Source of the DNA: a virus
Taxonomy: Duplodnaviria > Caudoviricetes
Virus record (IMG/VR): IMGVR_UViG_3300020045_005423
Coordinates: 1 to 27,785 of that record
DNA: 27,785 bases
Strand: one strand, 5' to 3'
The position numbers and the translations under genes were made by a program. The stretch's first letter is position 1. Each line of letters starts with the position of its first letter. Shown here piece after piece: positions 15,779 to 24,915 of the stretch. The notes beneath the pieces are model-generated. The model ran no database searches. It had not been told where the DNA came from and saw nothing but the letters and a program-made list of their open reading frames with translations.

Positions 15779-18001
15779 TTAGAATATCAGCTCGCAGGTT
15801 CCTCCGGCGCAGCCGGTAGCAGCCATTGTGTCTACATCTGTATAAGACTGTTTTGAAAGCTCAGTCTTAAACTCAATAAACTTGAAGGTTTGTTCAATTC
15901 CTTTCCACTTGTGCAAGTTGTAACAGTCTTTTAAGCAAAATGTCATCTTTAGGTCATCACCTTTGAAATAGTTCAAAGAGAACTTCTTAGCACGTCGAAT
16001 CCAATCACGTTTCAAAAGGTCATCACTATTGTCTTCTGATAACTTCAATCCGAAGCCTTGCAAAGTATCACAAGCAACCCAGAGGTTACTGTTAAAGGCA
16101 TGTAAACCTTCTGTAATCAGTCCACTAGCAAACAATGAGCCTTCACCATATAGCTTCATGATCTGTTCAGCAGTTAGAACAGAGGTGAATGGTGCCTGTG
16201 CGTATCCTTTGTCCCCGTAAGCACTAAGTAAAGATACTCCAGCAAAGAACTTACGGTTATCAAAGATATATTGCTCTACCTTATCCCAGTTATCTACAGT
16301 AATTGTATTGCTTACGTTATGCCGCAGGCGGTGATCCGTACATAGCTCTACATTAGTACCCTCCTCTACCCAAACTTGTTGTGCGAGTTTCACGTACTCA
16401 AGTTGCTTAACCCCTAGTAGCTCGTCCTTATAGATAGAACCTTCTTTACTTGCAATTGGAAAACTAACTACAACATCACTTTTCCCCCAAACAGATTGCT
16501 CAACCATTTTTGGGTTCAATTCAGAGATAAGCTTAGTAACTTCATCTTCTTTATTCATCTGCACATTCCGAAAGTACAAAGGAGCATGTTCACCATGAAT
16601 GCCGCTGGCAGTTCCTAGAATAACACTAGCATTGCCACTTGGTTTAACACAAGTACAACGTGCTGCTTGGTTGATTCCAATCATTTCAGATACAACTTTG
16701 TTAAGCTGTTTAATGATATTGGCGCCATCTCGCATGTTTTCTTTATTAAAAAGGACTTTAGGGTTATTCATATGACCCGTAACTGAGCAACCGATCAATG
16801 CCTCTCTTTCTGTAATCTCTTGAGTAGCTTTAGATAGGTACTTGAAGTCTGTGTAACCAGCTTGAAGTGTACCTAAAATAGCACTAGCTTTACATGCTCG
16901 TTCAAATGTCCCTTTATCAACACATCTTCCACCGTTAATCTCTGTGAGGTTGCAAGACTGGAACCCACTTTCACCGGATGCACTTACTGGCAGCATCCCA
17001 ATTTCGACACAGGGGTTGAACACAAATTCCAAGTTGTCTGTTAAGATCGCACCGGGTTCACCTGATTGCTTAACAGACTTCATAATCTCAGCCCATTCTT
17101 CACGAGTAAGTTCATCTCGTTTAAGCATTACTGAATTGTTGCTGCGACCTCTTTGTGGGTTCTCGTTAAACCAATTACCAGTCTTAGCAGTAAGCATCTC
17201 TGTATCCTCTTTACTGAACATACAGATGGTTGCACTGCGACGCACGCCTCCAGAGAGTACAGCATCTGCCATGTGCATACTAATGTCGTAGGCTTCAATA
17301 GGTTTCAGTTTGGTTTCACCTCGTTGTACTGCTTTCTCAAGTACATCTTCACATTTAATCAGTGCTTGGCGCAAGCCTTCAGGACCGGGGGCACGAAATC
17401 CTCCAGAAATTAAAGCTCCTTTGGGGCGGATTTTGCTAAGGTCAAAGTGGACTAAATGCCCTTTATATTCCGGGAAAGTACCTCGTTCTGTGAAGTAAGA
17501 ACTTACTAAAACACCAAATGAATCCGCCCAGCCCTGAATACTGTCCTCTGGTTGAAACACTTTTACTTTCTTAGAAGATCGTTTAATAATTGTCGGAAAC
17601 TTTTCCATGTGTTGTTTTTGAACACTGAAGCCAACACCAGCTCCACAGAGGAGTAAATACATTGCCTCTTGAAAGTAAGCAGGTCGGTCGCAATGTGTAG
17701 CAGAACAGTTGTACATACGAGCGATGTGCTTCTTAATCTGCTCACCTCCAAACTGTAATGCACGTTGTGCTCCTAGTACCAACTTGTCTTTATACGCCTC
17801 TTCTGCAAAGTCAATCAAGCCTTTAAGCTCTGGCGTCATCTTACTTTGGTACTTCTCACGGTGCATATCCATAACACGCTTAACTGAGTCACCCCATGAT
17901 TCGTATTGCTGTTTATCGTCTTGCCAGCGCGAATAGCCCATGTAGAACTTTGAGTCAGCCATCATTTGTTTTGATTTAATCTCGAATGTTGTCTCTTGCA
18001 T
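15779..18001 (-). CDS. nrdJ: Ribonucleotide reductase, probably class II (B12-dependent, monomeric type)
   Basis: YNC, GGVRRSA, NPCVEI, CNLTE, VKPSG and C-terminal CAGGTC; no beta-subunit gene in the window. Confidence 0.85.
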   Translation of the reverse strand: MQETTFEIKSKQMMADSKFYMGYSRWQDDKQQYESWGDSVKRVMDMHREKYQSKMTPELKGLIDFAEEAYKDKLVLGAQRALQFGGEQIKKHIARMYNCSATHCDRPAYFQEAMYLLLCGAGVGFSVQKQHMEKFPTIIKRSSKKVKVFQPEDSIQGWADSFGVLVSSYFTERGTFPEYKGHLVHFDLSKIRPKGALISGGFRAPGPEGLRQALIKCEDVLEKAVQRGETKLKPIEAYDISMHMADAVLSGGVRRSATICMFSKEDTEMLTAKTGNWFNENPQRGRSNNSVMLKRDELTREEWAEIMKSVKQSGEPGAILTDNLEFVFNPCVEIGMLPVSASGESGFQSCNLTEINGGRCVDKGTFERACKASAILGTLQAGYTDFKYLSKATQEITEREALIGCSVTGHMNNPKVLFNKENMRDGANIIKQLNKVVSEMIGINQAARCTCVKPSGNASVILGTASGIHGEHAPLYFRNVQMNKEDEVTKLISELNPKMVEQSVWGKSDVVVSFPIASKEGSIYKDELLGVKQLEYVKLAQQVWVEEGTNVELCTDHRLRHNVSNTITVDNWDKVEQYIFDNRKFFAGVSLLSAYGDKGYAQAPFTSVLTAEQIMKLYGEGSLFASGLITEGLHAFNSNLWVACDTLQGFGLKLSEDNSDDLLKRDWIRRAKKFSLNYFKGDDLKMTFCLKDCYNLHKWKGIEQTFKFIEFKTELSKQSYTDVDTMAATGCAGGTCELIF

Positions 18002-18103
18002 ATTTAATAGGAGAACTAAATCTCCTGTCCTTTCTTTAATTAACTAACCCAAACTACCCTAAAGCAGCCTTCTTAACTATAACCTTTAATTAAAGGTTCA
18101 TCT

Positions 18104-18403
18104 TTACTCCATTTTGCTTTCGTCAAACTTATCAAATGTAATCTTAGCTTCGCAAGTCTGTGCTTTACCACCTTTGAAGTAAGCTCCCCACAAATCATCG
18201 GATTCTTCCCCTCGACCTGAAAGATCAAACAATACATCTGGGTATAGCAGAGATAATTCCTTCATATTTTCTTTCCATTTGTACCACTTACCATTCACTG
18301 TATAGTTATACCAAGCATAACCGGAAATCTCACTCAGAGACTCCATAACTTGCTTGTTATCTTTACTGTCAAAGCTCAATTCAAAATCCGTATAGTACCC
18401 CAT
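18104..18403 (-). CDS. Conserved phage hypothetical protein (start MGYYTDF)
   Basis: SD AAGGAG; KWY...LSLLYPDVLFDLSGRGEESDDLW. Confidence 0.75.
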   Translation of the reverse strand: MGYYTDFELSFDSKDNKQVMESLSEISGYAWYNYTVNGKWYKWKENMKELSLLYPDVLFDLSGRGEESDDLWGAYFKGGKAQTCEAKITFDKFDESKME

Positions 18404-18404
18404 A

Positions 18405-18902
18405 TTACTCCTTATTTTCCCAGACTGATTCATCAATAACACTGCATTTATCCTTGGTGGCATACATCTCTTGAATCTCTTTAGTTTCCCCCCGTTGCCG
18501 GTAGGATTCCTCCACAAGAAAGCTACCACCAGCTTTATCTTTAGCTGCTCTTGAAGCATACCCTGAATTGAGCCATTGTGGATCAGTCCGTTCTTCACCA
18601 AGCCATCGACCACAGGTAACTACTTTGTTGAGCTTATTCCTATGAGTAATACTCAAATCAAACTTAATACTTTGTCGTGTGTCCATACCCATCTCACAAA
18701 GCACATCGAGAAACCATTCTTCTAAGTCCCCTTTACCATCTACTGAGTCTTCAGCTTTGAACAAAGGACTTTGTAGTTGTAGCTCTGATTCACTAACAAT
18801 ACAACTAGCAATAATGCTTGATTGTTTTTTGATTACTTCTTGCTTATGTAGCTTCAGAGAAAGTGGCCCCGTCGTTGGCGATGCCTTTAGACTGTGTTTC
18901 AT
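18405..18902 (-). CDS. Hypothetical protein
   Basis: 165 aa, ATGA coupling. Confidence 0.7.
   Translation of the reverse strand: MKHSLKASPTTGPLSLKLHKQEVIKKQSSIIASCIVSESELQLQSPLFKAEDSVDGKGDLEEWFLDVLCEMGMDTRQSIKFDLSITHRNKLNKVVTCGRWLGEERTDPQWLNSGYASRAAKDKAGGSFLVEESYRQRGETKEIQEMYATKDKCSVIDESVWENKE
18858..18888 (-). repeat. 31-bp GC-rich dispersed element, copy C (inverted)
   Basis: Reverse complement reads AAAGGCATCGCCAACGACGGGGCCACTTTCT. Confidence 0.88.
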
Positions 18903-19141
18903 TCTTTTACCTTAATATCAAAAGTCTTTGTAGTCAGTAGTTCAAGACCTTGTTCTGCGTAATTATCTTTCATTTGAAAGTACATATCAGGATGATATAA
19001 ATCCTTACCAGTTAAGTATCGAGCATCTGCTGTAGATGTACCACCAAGTAATCGCATTACAAGAAAAGTTCTTTCTTGTGTCTCAAATGTAACACTAACT
19101 GGTGTGTACTTTTTTACTTCTTTAAGTTGTTGTAATAGCAT
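18899..19141 (-). CDS. Hypothetical protein, tandem paralog 3
   Basis: KYTPVSVTFETQE...LLG. Confidence 0.7.
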   Translation of the reverse strand: MLLQQLKEVKKYTPVSVTFETQERTFLVMRLLGGTSTADARYLTGKDLYHPDMYFQMKDNYAEQGLELLTTKTFDIKVKE

Positions 19142-19384
19142 TTATACCTTTCGTTTTTCAATAAAGAACAAGTCATTGTCGTTTGTGTCACTCTCAAGGT
19201 CTTGGCACTTGTCGGAAAGAGCATCGTACATAGAGTATGGGTCAAAGTCGTAATCATCTGTAAATACTTTTCCAATATCGCATCGGCCCAGCCCAAGCAT
19301 TTTAGTGACATATTGTAGTTCTGCTGCTGATTCAAACACTACAGTGACTGGTTTGAATTCTTTAGTTGTTTCAATAATTTTCAT
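19142..19384 (-). CDS. Hypothetical protein, tandem paralog 2
   Basis: EFKPVTVVFESAAEL...MLG. Confidence 0.7.
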   Translation of the reverse strand: MKIIETTKEFKPVTVVFESAAELQYVTKMLGLGRCDIGKVFTDDYDFDPYSMYDALSDKCQDLESDTNDNDLFFIEKRKV

Positions 19385-19641
19385 TTCATGTCCTTATAAG
19401 TGAGTGAACCACATTTCATATTAACACCGTACTCAATGCACTTCTTTTGCAGCAATTCAAACAAAGGATAAACGTCTGGGCACTCTCGTAAGTCTAATTG
19501 GAAGTTCAAGATACGTTTAGCATCATAGTTACTTGTCATTCCAATGAGCTTAGTAATCAACTCAAGTTCGTCTTTAGTTTCAAATACAACAGCTACTGGT
19601 TGATACTGTTTAGGTTCTTGTGCGATGTCTAGTAGTTTCAT
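19381..19641 (-). CDS. Hypothetical protein, tandem paralog 1
   Basis: QYQPVAVVFETKDEL...LIG. Confidence 0.7.
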   Translation of the reverse strand: MKLLDIAQEPKQYQPVAVVFETKDELELITKLIGMTSNYDAKRILNFQLDLRECPDVYPLFELLQKKCIEYGVNMKCGSLTYKDMK

Positions 19642-19669
19642 TTGGATTCCTTTGTTTAACTATCAGTTA

Positions 19670-20134
19670 TTAATACGGTACGAACTTACTTAGCTCTACC
19701 TTCTTAAAGCCAATTGGCTTACGTACTTTACCGTTACTGTCTGTGATAACCCAAAGATCAGCTTTAGCATTATAAGTACCAGCACATTCTACACCGGATT
19801 CCTGAAGTGCTTTAACACTCTTAGCAGCTACTTCAGCATCTTTTGTGGACTTACTAAGGTTGCAATCAGCAACTGCTTGTAGAGCACCTTGTACGTCACA
19901 ACCAAGTGATTCCAAAAGCTGTACCATTCCTTGAGTCACTACAAGTACGTCAATTGTTTCTTGAAGAATATGTACCAAAGTCTCATTAAGAACAGCTTCA
20001 ACAAGCTCACTAGCTTCTTCTTCGACTAAATCAACCTGTTGAACTAGATCAGTCTGAGTGAAGGCTACACCCTTACTAGCTAGTGTATTTAGTAGATTAC
20101 ACTTTTCAATGAATAATTCATAGCTTGATTTCAT
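19670..20134 (-). CDS. MazG-like NTP pyrophosphohydrolase
   Basis: EEASEL...ETID acidic motif, CNLSK, NGKVRKPIGF. Confidence 0.8.
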   Translation of the reverse strand: MKSSYELFIEKCNLLNTLASKGVAFTQTDLVQQVDLVEEEASELVEAVLNETLVHILQETIDVLVVTQGMVQLLESLGCDVQGALQAVADCNLSKSTKDAEVAAKSVKALQESGVECAGTYNAKADLWVITDSNGKVRKPIGFKKVELSKFVPY

Positions 20135-20286
20135 TCTTGTACCTCAATTTCTCCAATAGTGTATTCACTAGGGTCTTCCTTAGAGTCCTTCATTTGCAGT
20201 GCTTTCTTATACGTGGAATAAATACCGACAAGAGAGGTTTGGTTATGGGCATCAAAAGGTTCATAGATTAAGACGTAGACAATCAT
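20131..20286 (-). CDS. Small hypothetical protein, 51 aa (not in ORF track)
   Basis: MIVYVLIYE...LVGIYSTYKKA...YTIGEIEVQE; coupled to both neighbours. Confidence 0.6.
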   Translation of the reverse strand: MIVYVLIYEPFDAHNQTSLVGIYSTYKKALQMKDSKEDPSEYTIGEIEVQE

Positions 20287-20540
20287 TATTTCTTCATCCA
20301 ACAGTTAAGACTTTTGAGTTCTTCTAGAGTAGGCATTTGTACTTCTGTAGAAGCTCCTAAGTGGAATAACTCATTCTTATCTGTGTAACAAACTGAGTAC
20401 ATTCCGTCGATGTGATCAAAGTAATACACCAAGGAGTACCACTCTAATTCTTTTGTTGTCATTGGCTTACCTTGATTTGGTGGAGCCATTTTGAAGTAAG
20501 TATAACGTGGTAGCTCATATAGCTTTAAAATCTTAGACAT
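20286..20540 (-). CDS. Hypothetical protein
   Basis: KLYELPR, FDHIDGMYSVC; SD AAGGA. Confidence 0.7.
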   Translation of the reverse strand: MSKILKLYELPRYTYFKMAPPNQGKPMTTKELEWYSLVYYFDHIDGMYSVCYTDKNELFHLGASTEVQMPTLEELKSLNCWMKK

Positions 20541-20615
20541 TGTTTTCCTTTATAAAGTAACCTAGCTATTAGAGCAACTAGGTTAGTTATGATTATAGCT
20601 TAGTTTGTCTTAATA

Positions 20616-21194
20616 TTAATTAGAACTACCACAGCAAGTACAATCTGAACATCCTTCACAGAAGCCATCTTCTTCGTCTTGTAGTTCTCCATACATAGCC
20701 TTAATAGCTTCTTCAAACAAGTCAAGTGCTTCGTAGCTCAAAGCAAAGCGAGTAACAAGTGGCTCATTTAGCTCTGGATAAGCAGTCTTGATTGTGACTT
20801 GAAAGGTGTCATTGTTCAAGCGATCAATCTTGATCTTACGCTTTACTCCGTTTTCCTTGGATTTACGCTTGACGGTGTTTGTTACAGCAGGAGTGAGGTC
20901 GTCAATGAAGATAGATTGTGTGTTTTGCATACTTGGTTCCTTTGAGATGTTAAGAGCGTCTAGTGTTGAAGTGAGAACAGGTGTTTTGGTGAAGTCAATA
21001 TCATTAAGTTGATTATTAAAGTAGTCGGATTCGTTTTCAAAGATTTTACCATTTGAAGAGTAGTAATAATTATTGCTGCCAGTGAAACTATAGAAATCAT
21101 CTGTAGTGTCATTGTGTGCTTTAAAAGTAACCGGATCACCAGCAAATGTATAGTAAGTGTAAACTGGGTTGATTTCTTGTTCAGTTTGAGTCAT
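20616..21194 (-). CDS. Hypothetical protein with a Cys-rich acidic tail
   Basis: 192 aa, SD AAGGAG, tail CEGCSDCTCC. Confidence 0.65.
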   Translation of the reverse strand: MTQTEQEINPVYTYYTFAGDPVTFKAHNDTTDDFYSFTGSNNYYYSSNGKIFENESDYFNNQLNDIDFTKTPVLTSTLDALNISKEPSMQNTQSIFIDDLTPAVTNTVKRKSKENGVKRKIKIDRLNNDTFQVTIKTAYPELNEPLVTRFALSYEALDLFEEAIKAMYGELQDEEDGFCEGCSDCTCCGSSN

Positions 21195-21249
21195 GTCAAG
21201 CTCCTTTAAGTTAATTAAGATAAGTGGATTCTAGCGCAGTTATTCAGAG

Positions 21250-21450
21250 TTACTCAGGTGGTATTCGTTTTAGCTCATACGTTACAAGTTCGTACTCTGG
21301 TTCTTTCCCGTGAGCCACAAGCCGTGAATTTCTGCCATCAACTTTGTTCTGACAGAAACCTTTGATTGTATAGAGCTTAGTACCACTATAAGAGCGTACT
21401 GCATGACCAGTTTTGATCTCTTCACAAGTGTAGATTAAGTTTTGTTTCAT
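21250..21450 (-). CDS. Hypothetical protein
   Basis: 66 aa, SD GAGGAG. Confidence 0.6.
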   Translation of the reverse strand: MKQNLIYTCEEIKTGHAVRSYSGTKLYTIKGFCQNKVDGRNSRLVAHGKEPEYELVTYELKRIPPE

Positions 21451-21599
21451 TGTAGAATAAACTCCTCAATCTCGTAACACTTATAAGGATTCAACATTTG
21501 CAGTTTATCTCGTGCATATCTACAATCAATTGGGTTACTGTAAACACCAAGAACTTCTTGAGTCGAAGTATTTATTTCGGTTAATACAAATACAGTCAT
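21447..21599 (-). CDS. Small hypothetical protein, 50 aa (not in ORF track)
   Basis: MTVFVLTE...VLGVYSN...YEIEEFILQ; coupled to both neighbours. Confidence 0.6.
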   Translation of the reverse strand: MTVFVLTEINTSTQEVLGVYSNPIDCRYARDKLQMLNPYKCYEIEEFILQ

Positions 21600-22642
21600 T
21601 ATTTACCTTTCAAACGGTTAATCAAAAACTCAGTAGAAATAAAACTAGGATCAGCATAACCGTTCATGGCTTCATGTAGCATCACAATTCCACGAAAGTG
21701 TAAATTCCCGGTCTGCTGTCCTTTGTAGCCTTCGTCAAATGGATAACTAGCACCTGCAATAATACCAATACGCATACTGCCATCAAGCACAGGCATAATA
21801 GCTACATCTAGTGTCTGCTTATGCCCTACTACAAATGAACTACCGATAGACTTCAGTTGAGCTAAAGCATTACCGCCAAGTGGTTTACCTGTCATACTAT
21901 TAGTTAAGTAATGTACAAATGAAATACCTTGAATCTGAATAGGCTTAAGGAAAGGAATAACTTCCCAATCTTGCTCAAGTTCAAGCAAATGCTTACCAAT
22001 AAATCCTTCGTACTCTGAGTTACTATCGGGGATACGTTGAACGCGAGATTCGTGGTTGCCTTCACAGAATACCATACGAGGGTTATAGTCTGAGTTCTTT
22101 AACTGGTAATCTTTAAGGGGTTTAAGCATAACCTTCATGCCGATCTTGCCAGCGTTCAAATCATCCAGAAGCCTACGACCTTCAAAGGATGTCTTACCTT
22201 TATCATAAGAACTTAGGGATGGTAAATCAAAGAAATCACCAATCATCACTACAACATCAGGTTTTTTATCTACAATGTACTGCCCAATAGCTGCTAGGTA
22301 CTCTGTTGAATCCCCGGGCTTAGTTTGTGTGTCAGGTATCACCATAATCTTCAGGGAACCCTCTTTGGTCACTTTTTGTTTAACAGGTTTATAAGTGGGA
22401 TAAACTTTCTTAGAATAATAACATAAGTCATCTACAATATCACTAAAGCAATTCTCAGCTTTCTTGGCTGGCGGTGACTGCTCATAAAAGGGCCAAGCAG
22501 GGATACTATTGATCTTCTTTAAGTAATCGTTTACCGTTGATTTCTTAGAAGCATCTCCAAGCACCATCTTGGCAATAGCACGAGAGGAATAATTCAAGTC
22601 TTTTAGTGCTTTGATGGCTAGGTGTTTTTGTTCAGTATGCAA
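21599..22642 (-). CDS. Calcineurin-like metallophosphoesterase with an N-terminal HTH-like region
   Basis: PDTQ, GDFFD, GNHE, FVH and GHKQ motifs; N-terminal SSRAIAK...KSTVNDYL. Confidence 0.85.
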   Translation of the reverse strand: MHTEQKHLAIKALKDLNYSSRAIAKMVLGDASKKSTVNDYLKKINSIPAWPFYEQSPPAKKAENCFSDIVDDLCYYSKKVYPTYKPVKQKVTKEGSLKIMVIPDTQTKPGDSTEYLAAIGQYIVDKKPDVVVMIGDFFDLPSLSSYDKGKTSFEGRRLLDDLNAGKIGMKVMLKPLKDYQLKNSDYNPRMVFCEGNHESRVQRIPDSNSEYEGFIGKHLLELEQDWEVIPFLKPIQIQGISFVHYLTNSMTGKPLGGNALAQLKSIGSSFVVGHKQTLDVAIMPVLDGSMRIGIIAGASYPFDEGYKGQQTGNLHFRGIVMLHEAMNGYADPSFISTEFLINRLKGK

Positions 22643-22689
22643 TGTGTTTCCTTTTGTTGATTAACTTATTAAACTTATAACGGCTCACT

Positions 22690-23274
22690 CTAGGACTTCG
22701 CTTTAGCAATTAAATCCATAAGCTGATTATAGCTGAACTTCTTACTCTTTACAGCATCTAAGAAGAGTTTCTTTCTAGCTGTGCTGTTACCAGCATTAGC
22801 CTTGCCTAGCTCACCTAGTACAAGTGCTTTAGAAGGCTCTGAGAGGCCACTAAACGCTGCTGTAACCGTCTTAATCCAAGCAGGATGCAAAGGTAAGTGT
22901 TGGTTGTCTTTTTGGTAATAGTCGCTTAGGTTCCTTAGAATAACATGAAGTGGTTGATCAGTTGCGTATGCTAAGTATCTGTAGTAGATAGCTTTGATTT
23001 TACCTTCAACCGTATTTGATGCCTGAGAAAGCACTCCACGCACCCTTTGGGCTGACTCACCAATACGAGCATGATCATGATCAAGGCAGACTCTACCTGT
23101 GAAGGGTTCACCAGTAATAGGATCAAGCCCGTTTTGCTCTTTGATTAGTTTGTTACGCCAGTTGGTGATGTCATTGGTAGTCCACAGGTGGAGTGAAGAA
23201 CTGTTAGGTTCTGATTCTGTTGGTGGCTCAATAAGAGGTTGTTTTGCTTTAGTTTTCTTTTGTTTAGTTGCCAT
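22690..23274 (-). CDS. Endonuclease VII-like resolvase
   Basis: EQNGLDPITG, LDHDH, VRGVLSQASNTVEGK. Confidence 0.8.
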   Translation of the reverse strand: MATKQKKTKAKQPLIEPPTESEPNSSSLHLWTTNDITNWRNKLIKEQNGLDPITGEPFTGRVCLDHDHARIGESAQRVRGVLSQASNTVEGKIKAIYYRYLAYATDQPLHVILRNLSDYYQKDNQHLPLHPAWIKTVTAAFSGLSEPSKALVLGELGKANAGNSTARKKLFLDAVKSKKFSYNQLMDLIAKAKS

Positions 23275-23285
23275 TTAGTCCTTTG

Positions 23286-24308
23286 TTAGTATTCAATCTT
23301 TAATTTATCAAGCACATCCTTGATAACAGTAGGTTGTTCGTCACGAGTACGAAGCAGTTTAGCAAGGTTAAAGTTCTCAGTCATACAGTACAACCAATCA
23401 ATTTCAATATCATCACCTCTCCAACCTTTGATTACTTTAGCACTTGGGTAAAGTGTTTTATAACCTTTAACAACAGCTTCAAAAGCCTCTTTGTCGGTCT
23501 TACAATCTTTAAGTAGCTTATAGCTTGACTTTTCACCCCACTTTAAAGCACTAGCACTGTTAGCTGCGTAGTTGTCGCTGTCATCACAAGACAAACATTG
23601 ATGATACAACCACATTCTACCACGACCTTTTACGTTTCCTTTTTCATTCAACTCAAGCCAGCCAAAACCTTCATGGGATTGAACCTCAAAAGAAACATCA
23701 CTGTTATATAAATGCATAGAGCACTGGAGGAAGTCTTTTTCTGCGACTATTGTAATTAATTTATCACTGTTGGATTTTGTCTTAGACCACTTTTTATAAG
23801 CAGCAAAACTATCTCCACTTACGGCGTCATCAACTTCGATGCGCTCAATCAAAAAGCAATTGTGTCTGTGCTGAATGTACTCCTTTAGTTCTTGTAAATG
23901 AACAGGTGTTAACAAGTTCTTTCTATTACCTTTGTACTCAAGAATAGTTGCTAAGTCGTGGCGAAATACCTTACCTTTACCTGTGTACCCGTAGTAATTT
24001 CTTGTACCTAATGTCTCACATGTTCCTTTAATCATACTGTCAACAATAGACTTAGCATGAATAAAGGGTAAAGCTGTTTGTACATCTGTAATTGTAAACT
24101 CTTGAACTTGTCTAGGGCTATCCAAGCCTTTGTTTAGTTCTGCTAAGTAACCACCCGATTTAGTCTTATGATGTCCATAAAATTCAGTTCTAGTTTTGAA
24201 CTCAAGTTCATCACCTGATTGATTGTGGACTACTTTAATACTACGTTGTTCAGATACACAAGCAGCAGCAAACAAAATAGGATCATAGTCAAATAATAGT
24301 TTAGTCAT
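23286..24308 (-). CDS. 5'-3' exonuclease (T7 gp6/FEN-like)
   Basis: DYD, FRH, YKGNR, EVDD, EKD and DSDN catalytic motifs. Confidence 0.85.
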   Translation of the reverse strand: MTKLLFDYDPILFAAACVSEQRSIKVVHNQSGDELEFKTRTEFYGHHKTKSGGYLAELNKGLDSPRQVQEFTITDVQTALPFIHAKSIVDSMIKGTCETLGTRNYYGYTGKGKVFRHDLATILEYKGNRKNLLTPVHLQELKEYIQHRHNCFLIERIEVDDAVSGDSFAAYKKWSKTKSNSDKLITIVAEKDFLQCSMHLYNSDVSFEVQSHEGFGWLELNEKGNVKGRGRMWLYHQCLSCDDSDNYAANSASALKWGEKSSYKLLKDCKTDKEAFEAVVKGYKTLYPSAKVIKGWRGDDIEIDWLYCMTENFNLAKLLRTRDEQPTVIKDVLDKLKIEY

Positions 24309-24915
24309 TAGGTTTCCAATCACAAGTGTATTTCCAATTCTTCATGTACTCAATTACTAAAGGGTCAACTGTGTAATCATCTCCAATCAAACAGTTATAC
24401 CAATCTTGTCCTGCTTTTGTCTTAGCTTCTGAGTATTTATAAATAGCAGTTAATACATCATTCTTATCAAAACTACCAAGATTAATATCTAGCCCTCTAT
24501 TAACTACTCTGACAACAAGTTTTCCTCGGCTATTTTCAAACATCCCTTGAGGCCACTCACCACGTTGCCCTTTATAACTTTGCAAGAACTTATTCAGTGC
24601 TGGAGGAACAAGTACACAGGTGTCTTTTGAATACTTCTTTGTTTCACCTTTTAGAATATCAGCATCCAATTGATAACCTAAACCATAACCAACCTGCTTT
24701 ACGTGCCAATCGGTGAAGTCTTGAAAGTCCTTAAACTCGTTAGTACAACCAACGTAAGTCTTTTCACGTAACTGTGTTGCGCCACCAACAGTACAACGTT
24801 CCTTTATATTGTTCCAAAGCACACCACTAATGGTCCATGTGTACTTCTCACCTACAGTAAAGCGTTGTACCCATTGTCCATTTTTGTTCTTAAAATCATC
24901 TACATGCTTCCCCAT
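24301..24915 (-). CDS. HNH-like homing endonuclease
   Basis: WNNIKERC, FQDFTDW, LDADIL...YSKDTCVLVP..LN, NLGSF. Confidence 0.75.
   Translation of the reverse strand: MGKHVDDFKNKNGQWVQRFTVGEKYTWTISGVLWNNIKERCTVGGATQLREKTYVGCTNEFKDFQDFTDWHVKQVGYGLGYQLDADILKGETKKYSKDTCVLVPPALNKFLQSYKGQRGEWPQGMFENSRGKLVVRVVNRGLDINLGSFDKNDVLTAIYKYSEAKTKAGQDWYNCLIGDDYTVDPLVIEYMKNWKYTCDWKPND

Noticed and set aside
15779-18001. Intron or intein in the reductase
   Set aside because: The ORF is continuous with all motifs at normal spacing, and the HNH gene lies outside it.
18002-18103. Cobalamin riboswitch or NrdR box upstream of nrdJ
   Set aside because: The leader is about 100 nt and shows neither a B12 box nor an NrdR palindrome.
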